Assembly (NCBI GenBank): GCA_043228905.1
Contig: JBHGNT010000006.1
Span: 22,010,001 to 22,074,000, forward strand
Source of the DNA: Azolla caroliniana
Lineage: Eukaryota; Plantae; Polypodiophyta
Direction: 5' to 3'
Length of the DNA stretch: 64,000 nt
Each line of letters begins with the position of its first letter. Position 1 is the first letter of the stretch. A program made the position numbers and the translations under genes. The notes under the pieces were generated by a model. It saw only the letters and a program-made list of their open reading frames with translations. It was not told the origin of the DNA and made no database searches. Below are positions 50,240 to 62,764 of this stretch, piece by piece.

Positions 50240-50763
50240 AACACTCTCTTTACTTGATATCTAAATTAGTGCATAGAAGGAAATGGACAACATCCAGTTA
50301 TTGATGTTATTAAATACGTGACATAGCACTAAAGCATAGATTTTCGCAGGAGGTCTTTGGGTACATCACTAAATGAAAGCAAAAACATTGTTTAGTTGAT
50401 ATCTAAATTGGTGCATGGAAAGAAATAGACCTAATCCAATTATTGATCTTTATCTTATACTTGACGGTGCACTCGAACATAGATTTTGAGCATATGCAAT
50501 ATTCGTAAGCTTTTATAACTTGTTTCATCTGATTACCTATACTTTATTTATAAGCTTTCATAGCATAGTTGGTAAACAAACGTATTTAGTAACAAGTTTG
50601 AATGTACGCTTTTATTACATACTTGTAGAGGACTGTTACTGAGTAATTTTAAATGTAAGCTTTCATAGCATAGTTGGTAAACAAACGTATTTAGTAACAA
50701 GTTTGAATGTACGCTTTTATTACATACTTGTAGAGGACTGTTACTGAGTAATTTTAAATGTAA

Positions 50764-50837
50764 GCTTTCATAGCTCAGTTGGTTAGAGCACTTGTTTTTT
50801 AAGCGAGAGGTCTTGAGTTCAAATCTCAATCAAAGCA
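50764..50837 (+). pseudogene. CGT-type tRNA-Thr body with anticodon TTT and an acceptor mismatch
   Basis: cttgt tt TTT aa gcgag; ends tcaaagca. Confidence 0.7.
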
Positions 50838-51688
50838 TATGCCTCTTTTATTTGATATGTAATCCATTCCATGGAAAGTAGTAGATATATGCCAACTGTT
50901 GTGTTCCTGAAGAAGTCGTCGATGAACGTAACATAGTGCCGGCAACCGCAAGATGTAATTGTTTGGGTTGGTCCCCACATCTGAATGGACAACATCCAGG
51001 ATTCCTTTGCTCACATTCCTCTCTTTTGGGAATGGGTGACGACCTTGCTTTCCGAATTGGCATGCTTCACATACGCCTGTAATCTCCTTCGTCATAAAGT
51101 TCGGGAGTCCAATTACGACTCCTTTCAAATGCATGTTCTGAAGTTTTTGGGGATTGATCTGGTCGATTCTTTTGTGCCACAAATTTAAGTCCGTTTCAAC
51201 TTTGAGGCCCTTTGCGAACATGGCTAACTTTACTTCGTTTGATTCGAGGATAAACATACGACCTTCCCATCGACCGTGAGCTACGACTTGACCGCCTCTT
51301 TCGATGAAGCACCGATCTTTGTTGAATCGTACTTGCATTCCTTGTTCGACAATCTGGCCGACTGAGACTAGGTCTTTCGTGATGGTGGGGAGATTCAATA
51401 CATTCTTTAGGTAGGTTTGTTTGGTCTTGGTCTTGCATGATGACTCCCCCTTCCGCCGAACTCTCTCGGACCGGATCTGTCCGCTTGCCAGTGATGGGGG
51501 TTACACTCATGATTGTGTCGACCTTGGCCAAATCGGCCTCTCCTTCCGCGACCGTGTCCTCTGTTGGGAGACAGGTCCCTCCAGATGGGAAGGAAGAAGA
51601 ACAGTGTCGACGAACAAACTCGGCCGAGGCCGAAACGGTACGAGGAGAACCCGGCTACGGAGAGCCGGATGATACATACCCGGTGAAG

Positions 51689-51904
51689 ACCGGATGAGGA
51701 GTACCCAGCTACGGAGAGCCAGATGGTGCAGGCCCAGTATGAACCGGATGAGGAGTACCCAGCTACGGAGAGCCGGATGGTGCAGGCCCGGTATGAACCG
51801 GATGAGGAGTACCCGGCTACGGAGAGCCGGATGGTGCAGGCCCGGTATGAACCGGATGAGGAGTACCCGGCTACGGAGAGCCGGATGGTACAAACCCGGT
51901 GAGA
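51689..51904 (+). repeat. 54-bp tandem repeat x4 in the 5' LTR U3
   Basis: accggatgaggagtacccggctacggagagccggatggtgcaggcccggtatga. Confidence 0.92.
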
Positions 51905-52969
51905 ACCGGATGAAGAGACATATTCGTAAATATGTTTCTGAGAGCCCATCGAGGCTACATTTGTAAATAGCCGAAAAGTCATATTAGTATAAATATGACT
52001 TAGGGCAAACTTTTAATTAGTTGTTGTTGTTACTTTTCTTGTTGGTGCAAGAAGAAGAGAGAGCACGTTATAGTGTACAGAGTGAGAGAGAGAGAAAGAG
52101 GTCGTTGCCTCTGTTGTAACTGCCGCCTGTGGCGAAGAGCGTGAGTCCGAGGTCGTTGCCTCCGAGAACTCACTATTTTGTACATTCATACATAGTGACA
52201 GTTTGCAGCCTATGGGCTGCTGTGGTTTTTCCCCCTAGTTTGGGGTTTTCCACGTAAACATCTCCTGTATAGTGTGTGTGTATCTTCCTCTCCTTTGTAT
52301 CGTGTTTTATTTCCCGTTTTTTTGTGTATGAAAAGAATCTCGGTTGTGGCCGAGCGTTGCGCATAAGGAACGTTGGGTTCCCGTCAAGTGGTATCAGAGC
52401 AAAATCGACACAGAAAATGGACGAATCATTTGGCGGCATGTTCAAGCTAACCGGCTCCAACTATTCAGTATGGAAGTCAAAGATGAGGGACATGCTCGTT
52501 GTTAAAGACCTCTGGCTGCCGGTTCAGTTCGGGGACAAGAGACCGGACAAAATCGACGCCGCGATATGGGAGGTGATGCACATGAAGACAACGGCGTACA
52601 TACGGTGCTTCATCGACATGAGCCTATGCAACAACTTCAATGAAGAGAGCAAGGCTCATGAGCTCTGGGAGAAGATCGGCATAATGTGTTGTGAAATCGA
52701 CGCTTCGATTCTCCTTCTTCTCTCGGCCACAACCGAGTAAGCACGAATCAATGCAGCAGAAAATAGGAAACCACAGAGAGAAACACAAATACGCAGGGAT
52801 TAACGTGGAAACCCTAAACGGGAAAAACCACGGGAGTACAAGACTCCGAACCACCACTATACACAGAGAAGTATACAATGGCGAGCTGCAAGGCGACGAC
52901 CTTGAGCTCGCTGTCCTCGCCACAGGCGGCGGAAAATACAGAGAGGCGTCGTCCTCTTCCTCTCTCACG

Positions 52970-53000
<31 letters not shown>

Positions 53001-53315
53001 ACGGCTGCTCACTCTTCACTCCTCTTGAGTGGAAAAACAGAAAAATGATCAACGACACTAAAACAATTTGCCCTAAGTCATATTTATACATATATGACTT
53101 TGGGGCTATTTACAATTATAGCCTCAGGGGCCCTTAGCAAACATATTCACGGATATGTCCCTGTACCCGGATCGCTCTCCGGGTACGTTCGTCATCCGGC
53201 TCCGAAGCCGGGGTCTTCATCATCCGGTTCCGAAACCGAAACCGGGCTCGTCGGCATTCTGTCCGACATCCGATCATCCCATCCGAAGGGACCGTAATCC
53301 CAACAAACTCCCCCT

Positions 53316-56300
53316 TCACTTCGGCATGGGATGTCTCTCCAATCCGATCCTCTTCCGGCATGCTTCCAGCTTGTCAGGTGTGAGCACCTTGGTCAGCATA
53401 TCCGACCCGTTCTCGTCCGTGTGGATCTTCGTCAGCACGAACTCCTTGTCTTCTATCCTTTCTCGGATCCAGTGGTATCTACGCTGGATGTGTTTCGTCC
53501 GGGAATGGTAGGCCGCGTTCTTTGCAAGGTGGATGGCGCTCTGACTATCGCAGTAGAGTCGGTACTCCTCCTGCCGGATCCCGAGCTCTCTAATGAAGTC
53601 CTTCATCCATATTATTTCCTTGCCGGCTTCAACAGCTGCCATGTACTCCGCCTCCGTGGTTGACAACGCAACCGTCTTCTGCAGCCTCGACTGCCACGAG
53701 ACGGCTCCCCCTGCATACGTCATCACATACCCTGATGTGGACCGGCTGGTATCTGCATCAGCCGACATATCCGAATCGGTGAAGCCGTCGAGTTCGGGCT
53801 TACCGGAGCCGAATCGGAGGCACACGTTTGCCGTGCCCTTCAGGTATCGGAGTATCCACTTGGCCGCGTTCCAATGCTCTTTGTCGGGATTGCTCATGTA
53901 CCGGCTCACCACTCCGACTGCATATCCGATGTCCGGTCTCGTACACACCATGGCGTACATCAAGCTCCCGACGGCTGAGGCATACGGCACTTTCATCATA
54001 TCCTCCTTTTCAGCCTTTGTCTTGGGACTTTGCTTGCTGGACAGCTTGCAGTTTGCCGGGAGGGTCGATCCGACCGGTCTTGCTTCTGACATGTTGAACC
54101 GTTTAAGCACCTTTGTCACGTACTTCTCCTGTGACAGCCACAACTGCTTCTTGCTCCGGTCCCGGATGATGTGCATCCCTAGTATTTGTCTCGCCGGACC
54201 CAAGTCCTTCATTGAGAAGGTTCGGTGAAGAGCCTTCTTCAGCATCCGTATCTTGACCTGGTCTCGTCCGACGATCAACATGTCGTCCACGTACAGGAGG
54301 AGTATTAGAAAGTCTCCTCCTTCGAACTTCTTCACAAACACGCAGTGATCGGACTGCGTTTTGTGGTACCCTTCGTCTGTCATGAAGGAGTCGAACTTCC
54401 GGTACCATTGCCGGGGAGCCTGCTTCAGACCGTAAAGGCTCTTCTTCAACCGGCATACCAGGTGCTCCTTCCCTTTCTTCTCGAATCCTTCCGGTTGCTG
54501 CATGTAGATCTCTTCTTCGAGGTCACCGTGAAGGAATGCCGTCTTCACGTCCATCTGTTCTACCTCGAGGTCCATGTTTGCCGCTATGCTCAGCACCGTC
54601 CGGATGGAGGTCATCTTCACTACCGGGGCAAATATCTCGTCGAAGTCGACGCCCTTCTTCTGCTGGAACCCCTTCACCACGATCCTGGCTTTGTATCTCG
54701 GGGGGTTTCCGGCATCTCCCGGTTTCAGCTTGAACACCCACTTGTTTCGAAGTGCCCGCTTTCCTTTCGGCAACTCCACAAGTTCATATGTGTGGTTCTC
54801 ATGCAGGGAATCCATCTCCTCCTGCATGGCACTTAACCACCTGCGGCTCTGGGTGTCATGTTTTGCTTCTTCAAAGCTCTCTGGCTCCCCCTCGTCGGTT
54901 AGCAGCACGTGCTCTGGTTCCGGAAATCTCCGGGGGGCCCTTCTCTCTCTTAGAGGATATCTCCGTTCCGGAGCTTCGGTATCCGGTTCTTCCGATTCTT
55001 CTTCATCCGAATCCATTTCGGGATCGGGGCCGGTTCCGGTATCATTTTCATCTTCTTCGGCCGGTTCTCTTTCTTCATCGTCTTCGGCCGGATCCTCGAG
55101 TGCTAACCGGTCCCTTGCCGGTCGGGACTGCTCCTCGTAGAGTTGATCCTCACCGGTCGACTTGGAGCTCTTCATTTTCTTCTCCGACTCCCAGTCGGCG
55201 AGTGTCTTGTCCTCCATGAAGATGATGTCTCGACTCCTGAATATCTTCTTGTCGACCGGGTCCCATACTCGGTAGCCGAACTCGTCGTCGCCGTAACCGA
55301 GGAATATGCATGGCCGGGTCTTCGGATCTAGCTTTCCTCTCCGGTCCTTTTCCACATGCACGTATGCGAGACACCCGAACACCTTCAGATGCCGGTAAGA
55401 TACTTCCCTACCGGTCCACACTCTCTGCGGCGTGTCTCCGTCCAAAGGTACTGAGGGTGATCTGTTTATCACGTATGTCGCCGTCGACATTGCCTCAGCC
55501 CAAAACCCCTTGGGTAATTTCGCATGCGCCAGCATACTCCGGACCCTCTCCATTATGGTCCGGTTCATCCTCTCGGCCAACCCGTTCAGTTCCGGCGTCT
55601 TCGGCACAGTAAACTTGAGCCGGATTCCCTTCGAGCGACAGTACTCCTGGAACTGCCCCCGGTATTCCCCTCCGTTATCCGCTCGTATCGCTTTCAGCTT
55701 CTTGCCGGATTCTCTTTCCACTCTCGCGTGGAGTTCTTTGAAGACGCACAACACTTGGTCCTTTGTCTTCAACGGTGCCGTCCACAGCTTCCGGCTGTGA
55801 TCATCAATGAATGTTACGAAGTACTGGGCTCCGCCATGTGACTTCGTTTCTACCTGACACACATCAGTGTGCACCAACTCCAATGGTGCACTACGTCTCA
55901 TCGGTGGCCTTGAGTGGAAGGAGGTTCGGTTCTGTTTACCGGCCAGGCAATCGGTGCACTTCTCCAGGTGCACATGCTTCACTGGAATGAGGTTGTCTTC
56001 TGCAAGCCTCTTCATCCCCTTCTCACTCATGTGGCACAGTCTCTTGTGCCACAGCTCACCGACAGTGTCGGCTGCCACGTTCAACTCTTCCGGACATAAC
56101 CGGGCATTCATCAGGTACAGTGTGTTGTCTTTCCGGGCCCGAGCCACTATCAGGCTCCCCTTGCTGAACTTCATTACGCCGTTCCGGATGCTACCTGTGT
56201 AGCCTTCATCGTCTAGCCTCCCGGCCGAAATCAGGTTCAATCGAACCTCCGGAACGTGTCGGACATCCTTCAGCAGCATTTTGCATCCGGTCGGGGTTGT

Positions 56301-56492
56301 CAACCACACGTCTCCGATGCCGGCAATCCGGCACGTACCTTCATTTCCCATTCGAACACAGCCATGCTCACCGGCTGTGTAGGATGAGAAGTATCTTCTC
56401 TCCGGGGTCAGGTGGAACGATGCTCCGGAATCGACCACCCAGGTCGTCTCATCGCCGGCAATGTTTACTTCACTTTCTTCGGTGATGAGCAT
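53316..56492 (-). CDS. pol: Copia Pol (protease, integrase, RT, RNase H), uninterrupted 1058 aa
   Basis: WVVDSGASFH, LWHKRLCH, VHTDVC, ADNGGEY, YKARIVVKG, LYVDDMLI, CDSQSAI. Confidence 0.93.
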   Translation of the reverse strand: MLITEESEVNIAGDETTWVVDSGASFHLTPERRYFSSYTAGEHGCVRMGNEGTCRIAGIGDVWLTTPTGCKMLLKDVRHVPEVRLNLISAGRLDDEGYTGSIRNGVMKFSKGSLIVARARKDNTLYLMNARLCPEELNVAADTVGELWHKRLCHMSEKGMKRLAEDNLIPVKHVHLEKCTDCLAGKQNRTSFHSRPPMRRSAPLELVHTDVCQVETKSHGGAQYFVTFIDDHSRKLWTAPLKTKDQVLCVFKELHARVERESGKKLKAIRADNGGEYRGQFQEYCRSKGIRLKFTVPKTPELNGLAERMNRTIMERVRSMLAHAKLPKGFWAEAMSTATYVINRSPSVPLDGDTPQRVWTGREVSYRHLKVFGCLAYVHVEKDRRGKLDPKTRPCIFLGYGDDEFGYRVWDPVDKKIFRSRDIIFMEDKTLADWESEKKMKSSKSTGEDQLYEEQSRPARDRLALEDPAEDDEEREPAEEDENDTGTGPDPEMDSDEEESEEPDTEAPERRYPLRERRAPRRFPEPEHVLLTDEGEPESFEEAKHDTQSRRWLSAMQEEMDSLHENHTYELVELPKGKRALRNKWVFKLKPGDAGNPPRYKARIVVKGFQQKKGVDFDEIFAPVVKMTSIRTVLSIAANMDLEVEQMDVKTAFLHGDLEEEIYMQQPEGFEKKGKEHLVCRLKKSLYGLKQAPRQWYRKFDSFMTDEGYHKTQSDHCVFVKKFEGGDFLILLLYVDDMLIVGRDQVKIRMLKKALHRTFSMKDLGPARQILGMHIIRDRSKKQLWLSQEKYVTKVLKRFNMSEARPVGSTLPANCKLSSKQSPKTKAEKEDMMKVPYASAVGSLMYAMVCTRPDIGYAVGVVSRYMSNPDKEHWNAAKWILRYLKGTANVCLRFGSGKPELDGFTDSDMSADADTSRSTSGYVMTYAGGAVSWQSRLQKTVALSTTEAEYMAAVEAGKEIIWMKDFIRELGIRQEEYRLYCDSQSAIHLAKNAAYHSRTKHIQRRYHWIRERIEDKEFVLTKIHTDENGSDMLTKVLTPDKLEACRKRIGLERHPMPK

Positions 56493-56639
56493 GATTTCTT
56501 CCTCACTTGCCGCGAGTGCCGCTGTTCCTTTTCGGTCCTGCCCTCGCCGATCCGAACCTCTCCGGTCCGTGGCTCCCCGGTATGCACCGTTTCTCTCCGG
56601 TGACTTCTTCGAATCGGTGTCGTCGGCTCCGTTGTCTTT

Positions 56640-57389
56640 TCAGTAATGCCGACAATTCTTTCGGAAATGCCCCGGCTTCCCACAGTGGAAGCATGTGGGC
56701 CTTCCTCTTGACTGCGACCGGGTCTTCGGCTTCTCCCGTCTTTGCGGACTCCGGTTCCATTGTCTTCCCCGATCCGATTCGGTGAGCAGCGCCTTCGAGT
56801 CGGAGGCCGGTTCTTTATCTCTCCGACGCGCTTCTTCGTTCAAAATACTTGTCTTTACCGTTTGTAAGGACAAGTTATCTTCCGTGCAGGAGGTGCTGAG
56901 AGTCACCACCAAGTTCTCCCAGCTTTCCGGCAATGTACACATCAGGATGATGGCTTGCATTGCATCCTCCAACGGGAACTTGATCGCCGCAAGCTGATTC
57001 ACGAATCCCATGAACGTGCTTACGTGTTCCACCATACTCTCGCCGTCCCGGTACTTGAGATTCACTATCTTCCTCATCAGGGAGGTCCGGTTCAACGCAT
57101 TTTTCCTCTCGTAGAGGCCCGACAGCTTCCGCCACATCTCATATGCGTTGGTGTCGTTCGCCACATGTTGTAGAACGCTCACGTCGACGTATTGCCGAAT
57201 GGTTGCAACGGCTTTCCGGTTCAGAAGCCTCCATTCCGACTCAAGTACCCCTTTCGGTATTTCCGACCTGTCAATCGGTTCGTACAGGTCCCGAACAATC
57301 AGAAGATCCTCCATCTTGATCTTCCAGTTGGCGTAATTCTGCGCAGTCAGCACCATCATCCCCGGCTGCCCGCTGCCGCCGCCTTCCAT
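56640..57389 (-). CDS. gag: Copia Gag (UBN2-type plus CCHC knuckle), in frame with pol but ended by one TGA
   Basis: MEGGGSGQPG...NYANWK...LPESWENLV...CFHCGKPGHFRKNC. Confidence 0.88.
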   Translation of the reverse strand: MEGGGSGQPGMMVLTAQNYANWKIKMEDLLIVRDLYEPIDRSEIPKGVLESEWRLLNRKAVATIRQYVDVSVLQHVANDTNAYEMWRKLSGLYERKNALNRTSLMRKIVNLKYRDGESMVEHVSTFMGFVNQLAAIKFPLEDAMQAIILMCTLPESWENLVVTLSTSCTEDNLSLQTVKTSILNEEARRRDKEPASDSKALLTESDRGRQWNRSPQRREKPKTRSQSRGRPTCFHCGKPGHFRKNCRHY

Positions 57390-57702
57390 TTTCTGCAGCA
57401 ACTGGCTCTGATACCAATTTGTTGTGAAATCGACGCTTCGATTCTCCTTCTTCTCTCGGCCACAACCGAGTAAGCACGAATCAATGCAGCAGAAAATAGG
57501 AAACCACAGAGAGAAACACAAATACGCAGGGATTAACGTGGAAACCCTAAACGGGAAAAACCACGGGAGTACAAGACTCCGAACCACCACTATACACAGA
57601 GAAGTATACAATGGCGAGCTGCAAGGCGACGACCTTGAGCTCGCTGTCCTCGCCACAGGCGGCGGAAAATACAGAGAGGCGTCGTCCTCTTCCTCTCTCA
57701 CG

Positions 57703-57733
<31 letters not shown>

Positions 57734-58038
57734 ACGGCTGCTCACTCTTCACTCCTCTTGAGTGGAAAAACAGAAAAATGATCAACGACACTAAAACAAT
57801 TTGCCCTAAGTCATATTTATACATATATGACTTTGGGGCTATTTACAATTATAGCCTCAGGGGCCCTTAGCAAACATATTCACGGATATGTCCCTGTACC
57901 CGGATCGCTCTCCGGGTACGTTCGTCATCCGGCTCCGAAGCCGGGGTCTTCATCATCCGGTTCCGAAACCGAAACCGGGCTCGTCGGCATTCTGTCCGAC
58001 ATCCGATCATCCCATCCGAAGGGACCGTAATCCCAACA

Positions 58039-61000
58039 TAATGTTCCAAAACAAAAATGCTGTTAACCAGGTTTCAGTATTCCGGAAGGTAGTAAGACTC
58101 CGGTACCAAGATGGCTCCAGCATGGCGGAGCACATGAATGCCTTCCAGGGGCTGATCCACCAGGCAACGTCATTGGAAGTACCTCTTGCCGACGAGGTAC
58201 TAGCGCTACTCCTGCTCGGTTCCCTCCTGGATAGCTGGGAGACGTTGGTTGTCACTTTGGGCAATGCCGGGCCGGAAGGAAAGCGGTTATCCCTAGCAAG
58301 AGTAAAGTCGAGCTTGTTAGATGAGGAGGCGCGTCGGAAAGACAAAGATACGAGCTCCGACTCCAAAGCGCTTCTTACCGAATCGGAACGCGGAAGACAA
58401 AGAAACCGTAGTCCCCAGAACCGGGAGAAGTCGGGGACACGGTCAAAGTCAAGGGGAAGGCCTACTTGCTTCTATTGCGGCAAGCCGGGACACTTCCAAA
58501 AGAACTGTCGGCATTACCGTAAAGACAAGGAAACCGACGGTACCGATTCGAAGCAAACCCCGGACCGGAACGGTAAAGACCGAAACGGTAAAGACCGAAA
58601 CGGTAAAGACCGGAGGGGGCCGGACTGGAAGGGAACGACGGAAATCGCGGCAAGTGAAGAGGAGTTGATGCTCATCACCGAGGAGAGTGAGATAAACCTT
58701 GCCGGCGACGAGATGACCTGGGTGGTAGACTCCGGAGCGTCGTTCCACCTTACCCCGGACCAGAAATGCTTCTCATCCTACTCAGTCGGTGACCACGACT
58801 GTGTCCGGATGGGGAATGAAGGTACATGCCAAATTGTCGGCATAGGACACGTTCCGGAAGTTCGTCTGAACCTGATATCAGTCGGTCGGCTAGATGATGA
58901 AGGCTACACGGGTAGCATCCGGAACGGTGTCATGAAGTTCAGCAAAGGGAGCCTGATTGTGGCTCGGGCCCGGAAGGTAAACACACTGTACCTGATGAAT
59001 GCCCGGTTATGTCCGGAAGAAGTGAACGTGGCTTCCGACACTGCCGGTGACTTGTGGCACAAGAGGCTATGTCACATGAGTGAGAAGGGGATGAAGAGGC
59101 TTGCAGACGACAACCTCATTCCAGTGAAGAACGTGCACTTAGAGAAGTGCACTGATTGTCTGGCCGGTAAGCAGAACCGGACCTCCTTCCGACCAAGGCC
59201 ACCGATGAGACGTAATGCACCACTGGAGTTGGTGCATACGGATGTTTGTCAAGCAGACACGAAGTCACATGCCGGAGCGCAGTACTTTGTAACGTTCATA
59301 GATGACCAGAGCTGGAAGCTGTGGGCTACACCGCTGAAGACGAAGGATCAGGTGTTATCCGTCTTCAAAGAGTGGAAAGAGAAACCGGCCGGAAGCTGAA
59401 GGCTGTTCGAGCAGACAACGGAGGAGAGTACCGGGGGCAGTTCGAGGAGTACTGCCGCTCGAAGGGAATCCGGCTCGAATTTACCGTGCCGAAGACGCCG
59501 GAACTAAACGGACTGGCCGAGAGGATGAACCGGACCATAATGGAGAGGGTCCGGAGTATGCTAGCGCATGCAAAACTACCCAAGAAGTTTTGGGCTGAGG
59601 CACTGTCGACGGCGACATACGTGATAAATAGATCACCCTCAGTACCCTTGGATGGAGACACGCCACAGAGAGTGTGGACCGGTAAGGAAGTATCCTACCG
59701 GCATCTGAAAGTGTTCGGGTGTCTCGCGTACGTGCATGTAGCAAAGGACCGGAGAGGAAAGTTAGATCCAAAGACCCGGCCATGCATATTCCTCGGTTAC
59801 GGTGACGATGAGTTCAGCTACCGAGTGTGGGACCCGGTCGACAAGAAGGTAGTCCGGAGTCGAGATATTACCTTCATGGAGGACAAGACGCTCGCCGACT
59901 GGGAGTCGGAGAAGAAGATAATGAACTCTGAGTCGACCGGTAAGGATAGACTCTACGATGAGCAGACCCAACCGGCAAGAGACCGGTTAGCACTCGAGGA
60001 ACCAGCCGGTTACGGTGAGGATACCGAATCGGCAGAAGAAGAAGTAGAGGAAGCTGAGACCGGAACTGGCCAAGACCCCGAATCGGATTCGGATGAAGAG
60101 CAAATGGAGGATCCGGTTACCGAAGCGCGAAGACGTAGATATCCTCTCAAAGAAAGAAGGGCCCCCCGGAGATTTCCGGATGCAGAGCACGTTCTACTGA
60201 CCGATGAGGGGGGGCTGGAAAGCTTCGAAGAAGTGAAGGAAGACACCCACAGCCGAAAATGGTCAAGTGCCATGCAGGACGAGATGGATTCCCTGCATGA
60301 GAACCATACATACGAATTGGTGGAGTTGCCGAAAGGAAAGCGGGCACTCCGAAACAACTGGGTGTACAAGTTGAAACCGGGAGATGCCGGCAACCCCCCG
60401 AGATACAAAGCCAGGATCGTGGTGAAGGGGTTCCAGCAGAAGAAGGGCGTGGACTTCGACGAGATATTTGCCCCGGTAGTAAAGATGACCTCCATCCGGA
60501 CAGTGCTGAGTATAGCAGCAAGCATGGACCTCGAGGTAGAGCAGCTAGACGTGAAGACGGCATTCCTTCACGGGGACCTCGAAGAGGAGATCTACATGCA
60601 GCAACCAGAAGGATTTGTGGAGAAAGGGAAGGAGCGCCTGGTATGCCGGTTGAAGAAGAGCCTGTACGGACTGAAGCAGGCTCCCCGGCAATGGTACCGG
60701 AAGTTCGACTCCTTCATGACCGATCAAGGGTACCACAAGACGCAGGCCGATCACTGCGTGTTTGTGAAGAAGTTCGAAGGAGGAGACTTCCTGATACTCC
60801 TCCTGTACGTGGATGACATGTTGATCGTCGAACGAGACCAAGTAAAAATACGGATGCTGAAGAAGGCTCTCAACCGAACCTTCTCAATGAAAGACTTGGG
60901 TCCAACAAGACAGATGTTGGGGATGCACATCATTCGGGACCGGTTAAAGAAGCAACTATGGTTGTCACAGGAGAAGTATGTGACAAAGGTGCTTCACCGG

Positions 61001-61783
61001 TTCAACATGTCAGAAGCAAAACCAGTCGGATCGACACTTCCGGCAAACTGCAAGCTATCCGATAAGCAAAGGCCGAAGACGAAAGCAGAGAAGGCGGATA
61101 TGATGAAGATTCCATATGCCTCTGCCGTCGGGAGCTTGATGTACGCAATGGTTTGTACCCGACCGGACATAGGATACGCAGTCGGACTGGTGAGCCGGTT
61201 TATGAGCAATCCCTGCAAGGAGCACTGGAACGCGGTCAAATGGATACTCCAGTATTTTAAGGGCACTTCAAATATGTGTCTCCGATTCGGCTCCAGAAAA
61301 CCTCAACTGGACGGTTTCACCGATTCAGACATGTCGGCTGATGTGGATACCAGCCGGTCTACATCCGGGTATGTAATGACATATGCAGGGGGAGTTGTTT
61401 CGTGGCAGTCGAGGCTGCAGAAGACGGTTGCATTGTCAACCACGGAGGCGGAGTACATGGCGGTTGTGGAAGCCGGCAAGGAAATTTTATGGATGAAGGA
61501 CTTCATCGGAGAGCTCGGTAAACGGCAAGAGGAATACCGACTCTATTGCGACAGTCAAAGTGCCATCCACCTTGCTAAGAATGCGGCCTACCATTCCCGG
61601 ACGAAGCATATCCAGCGGAGGTATCACTGGATCCGGGAAAGAGTAGATGACCAGGAGTTCGCACTGACGAAGATCCACACGGCCGAGAACGGGTCAGATA
61701 TGCTGACCAAAGTGCTGACACCCGACAAGCTAGACGCATGCCGGAAGAGGATCGGACTGGTAAGACACCCCATGTCGGAGTGA
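58039..61783 (+). pseudogene. gag-pol of Copia B (rest of gag plus pol; small deletions at ~58846 and ~59370, one frameshift)
   Basis: ORFs 57888-59399 and 59321-61783 carry all Copia motifs. Confidence 0.92.
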
Positions 61784-61920
61784 AGGGGGAGTTTGTTGGG
61801 AGACAGGTCCCTCCGGATGGGAAGGAAGAAGAACAGTGCCGACGAATAAACTCGGCCGAGGCCGAAACGGTACGAGGAGAACCCGGCTACGGAGAGCCGG
61901 ATGATATAGACCCGGTGAAG

Positions 61921-62244
61921 ACCGGATGAGGAGTACCCGGCTACGGAGAGCCGGATGGTGCAGGCCCGGTATGAACCGGATGAGGAGTACCCGGCTACGG
62001 AGAGCCGGATGGTGCAGGCCCGGTATGAACCGGATGAGGAGTACCCGGCTACGGAGAGCCGGATGGTGCAGGCCCGGTATGAACCGGATGAGGAGTACCC
62101 GGCTACGGAGAACCGGATGGTGCAGGCCCGGTATGAACCGGATGAGGAGTACCCGGCTACGGAGAGCCGGATGGTGCAGGCCCGGTATGAACCGGATGAG
62201 GAGTACCTGGCTACGGAGAGCCGGATGGTACAGACCCGGTGAGA
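61921..62244 (+). repeat. 54-bp tandem repeat x6 in the 3' LTR U3
   Basis: Same unit as 51689. Confidence 0.92.
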
Positions 62245-62764
62245 ACCGGATGAAGAGACAGATTCGTAAATATGTTTCTGAGAGCCCATCGAGGCTACAT
62301 TTGTAAATAGCCGAAAAGTCATATTAGTATAAATATGACTTAGGGCAAACTTTTAATTAGTTGTTGTTGTTACTTTTCTTGTTGGTGCAAGAAGAAGAGA
62401 GAGCACGTTATAGTGTACAGAGTGAGAGAGAGAGAAAGAGGTTGTTGCCTCTGTTGTAACTGTCGCCTGTGGCAAAGAGCGTGAGTCCGAGGTCGTTGCC
62501 TCCGAGAACTCACTGTTTTGTACATTCATACATAGTGACAGTTTGCAGCCTGTGGGCTGCCGTGGTTTTTCCCCCTAGTTTGGGGTTTTCCACGTAAACC
62601 TCCTGTGTAGTGTGTGCGTATCTTCCTCTCCTTTGTATCGTGTTTTATTTCCCGTTTTTCTGTGTATGAAAAGAATCTCGGTTGTGGCCGAGCGTTGTGC
62701 ATAAGGAACGTTGGGTTCCCGTCATCCTCTTCCTCCATCGAAATTTGAATACAACATTTGTCCG

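Larger units (their letters stand above)
49674..50905 (+). repeat. tRNA-Thr-derived array, block 5
   Basis: Same unit; includes a perfect ~105-bp local duplication at 50551-50770. Confidence 0.92.
52687..58038 (-). mobile_element. Young Tnt1/Tork-like Copia retrotransposon (family C), 619-bp LTRs 52687-53305 and 57420-58038
   Basis: TSD TAATG; PBS tggtatcagagc at 57405-57416 (minus strand); PPT at 53306; LTRs look identical by eye. Confidence 0.96.
51562..62724 (+). mobile_element. Tnt1/Tork-like Copia retrotransposon (family B), LTRs 51562-52386 and 61794-62724
   Basis: TSD TCCTC; PBS TGGTATCAGAGC at 52389; PPT gaagggggag; gag starts at 52417 and is interrupted at 52687. Confidence 0.95.

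Noticed and set aside
57888-58038. N-terminal extension of the 503-aa ORF (and of ORF 56640-57701)
   Set aside because: These are LTR sequences fused in frame by the nested insertion, not real starts.
51407-62322. Repetitive ORFs 51407-51982 and 61624-62322
   Set aside because: Translations of the 54-bp LTR repeat, whose length is a multiple of three.
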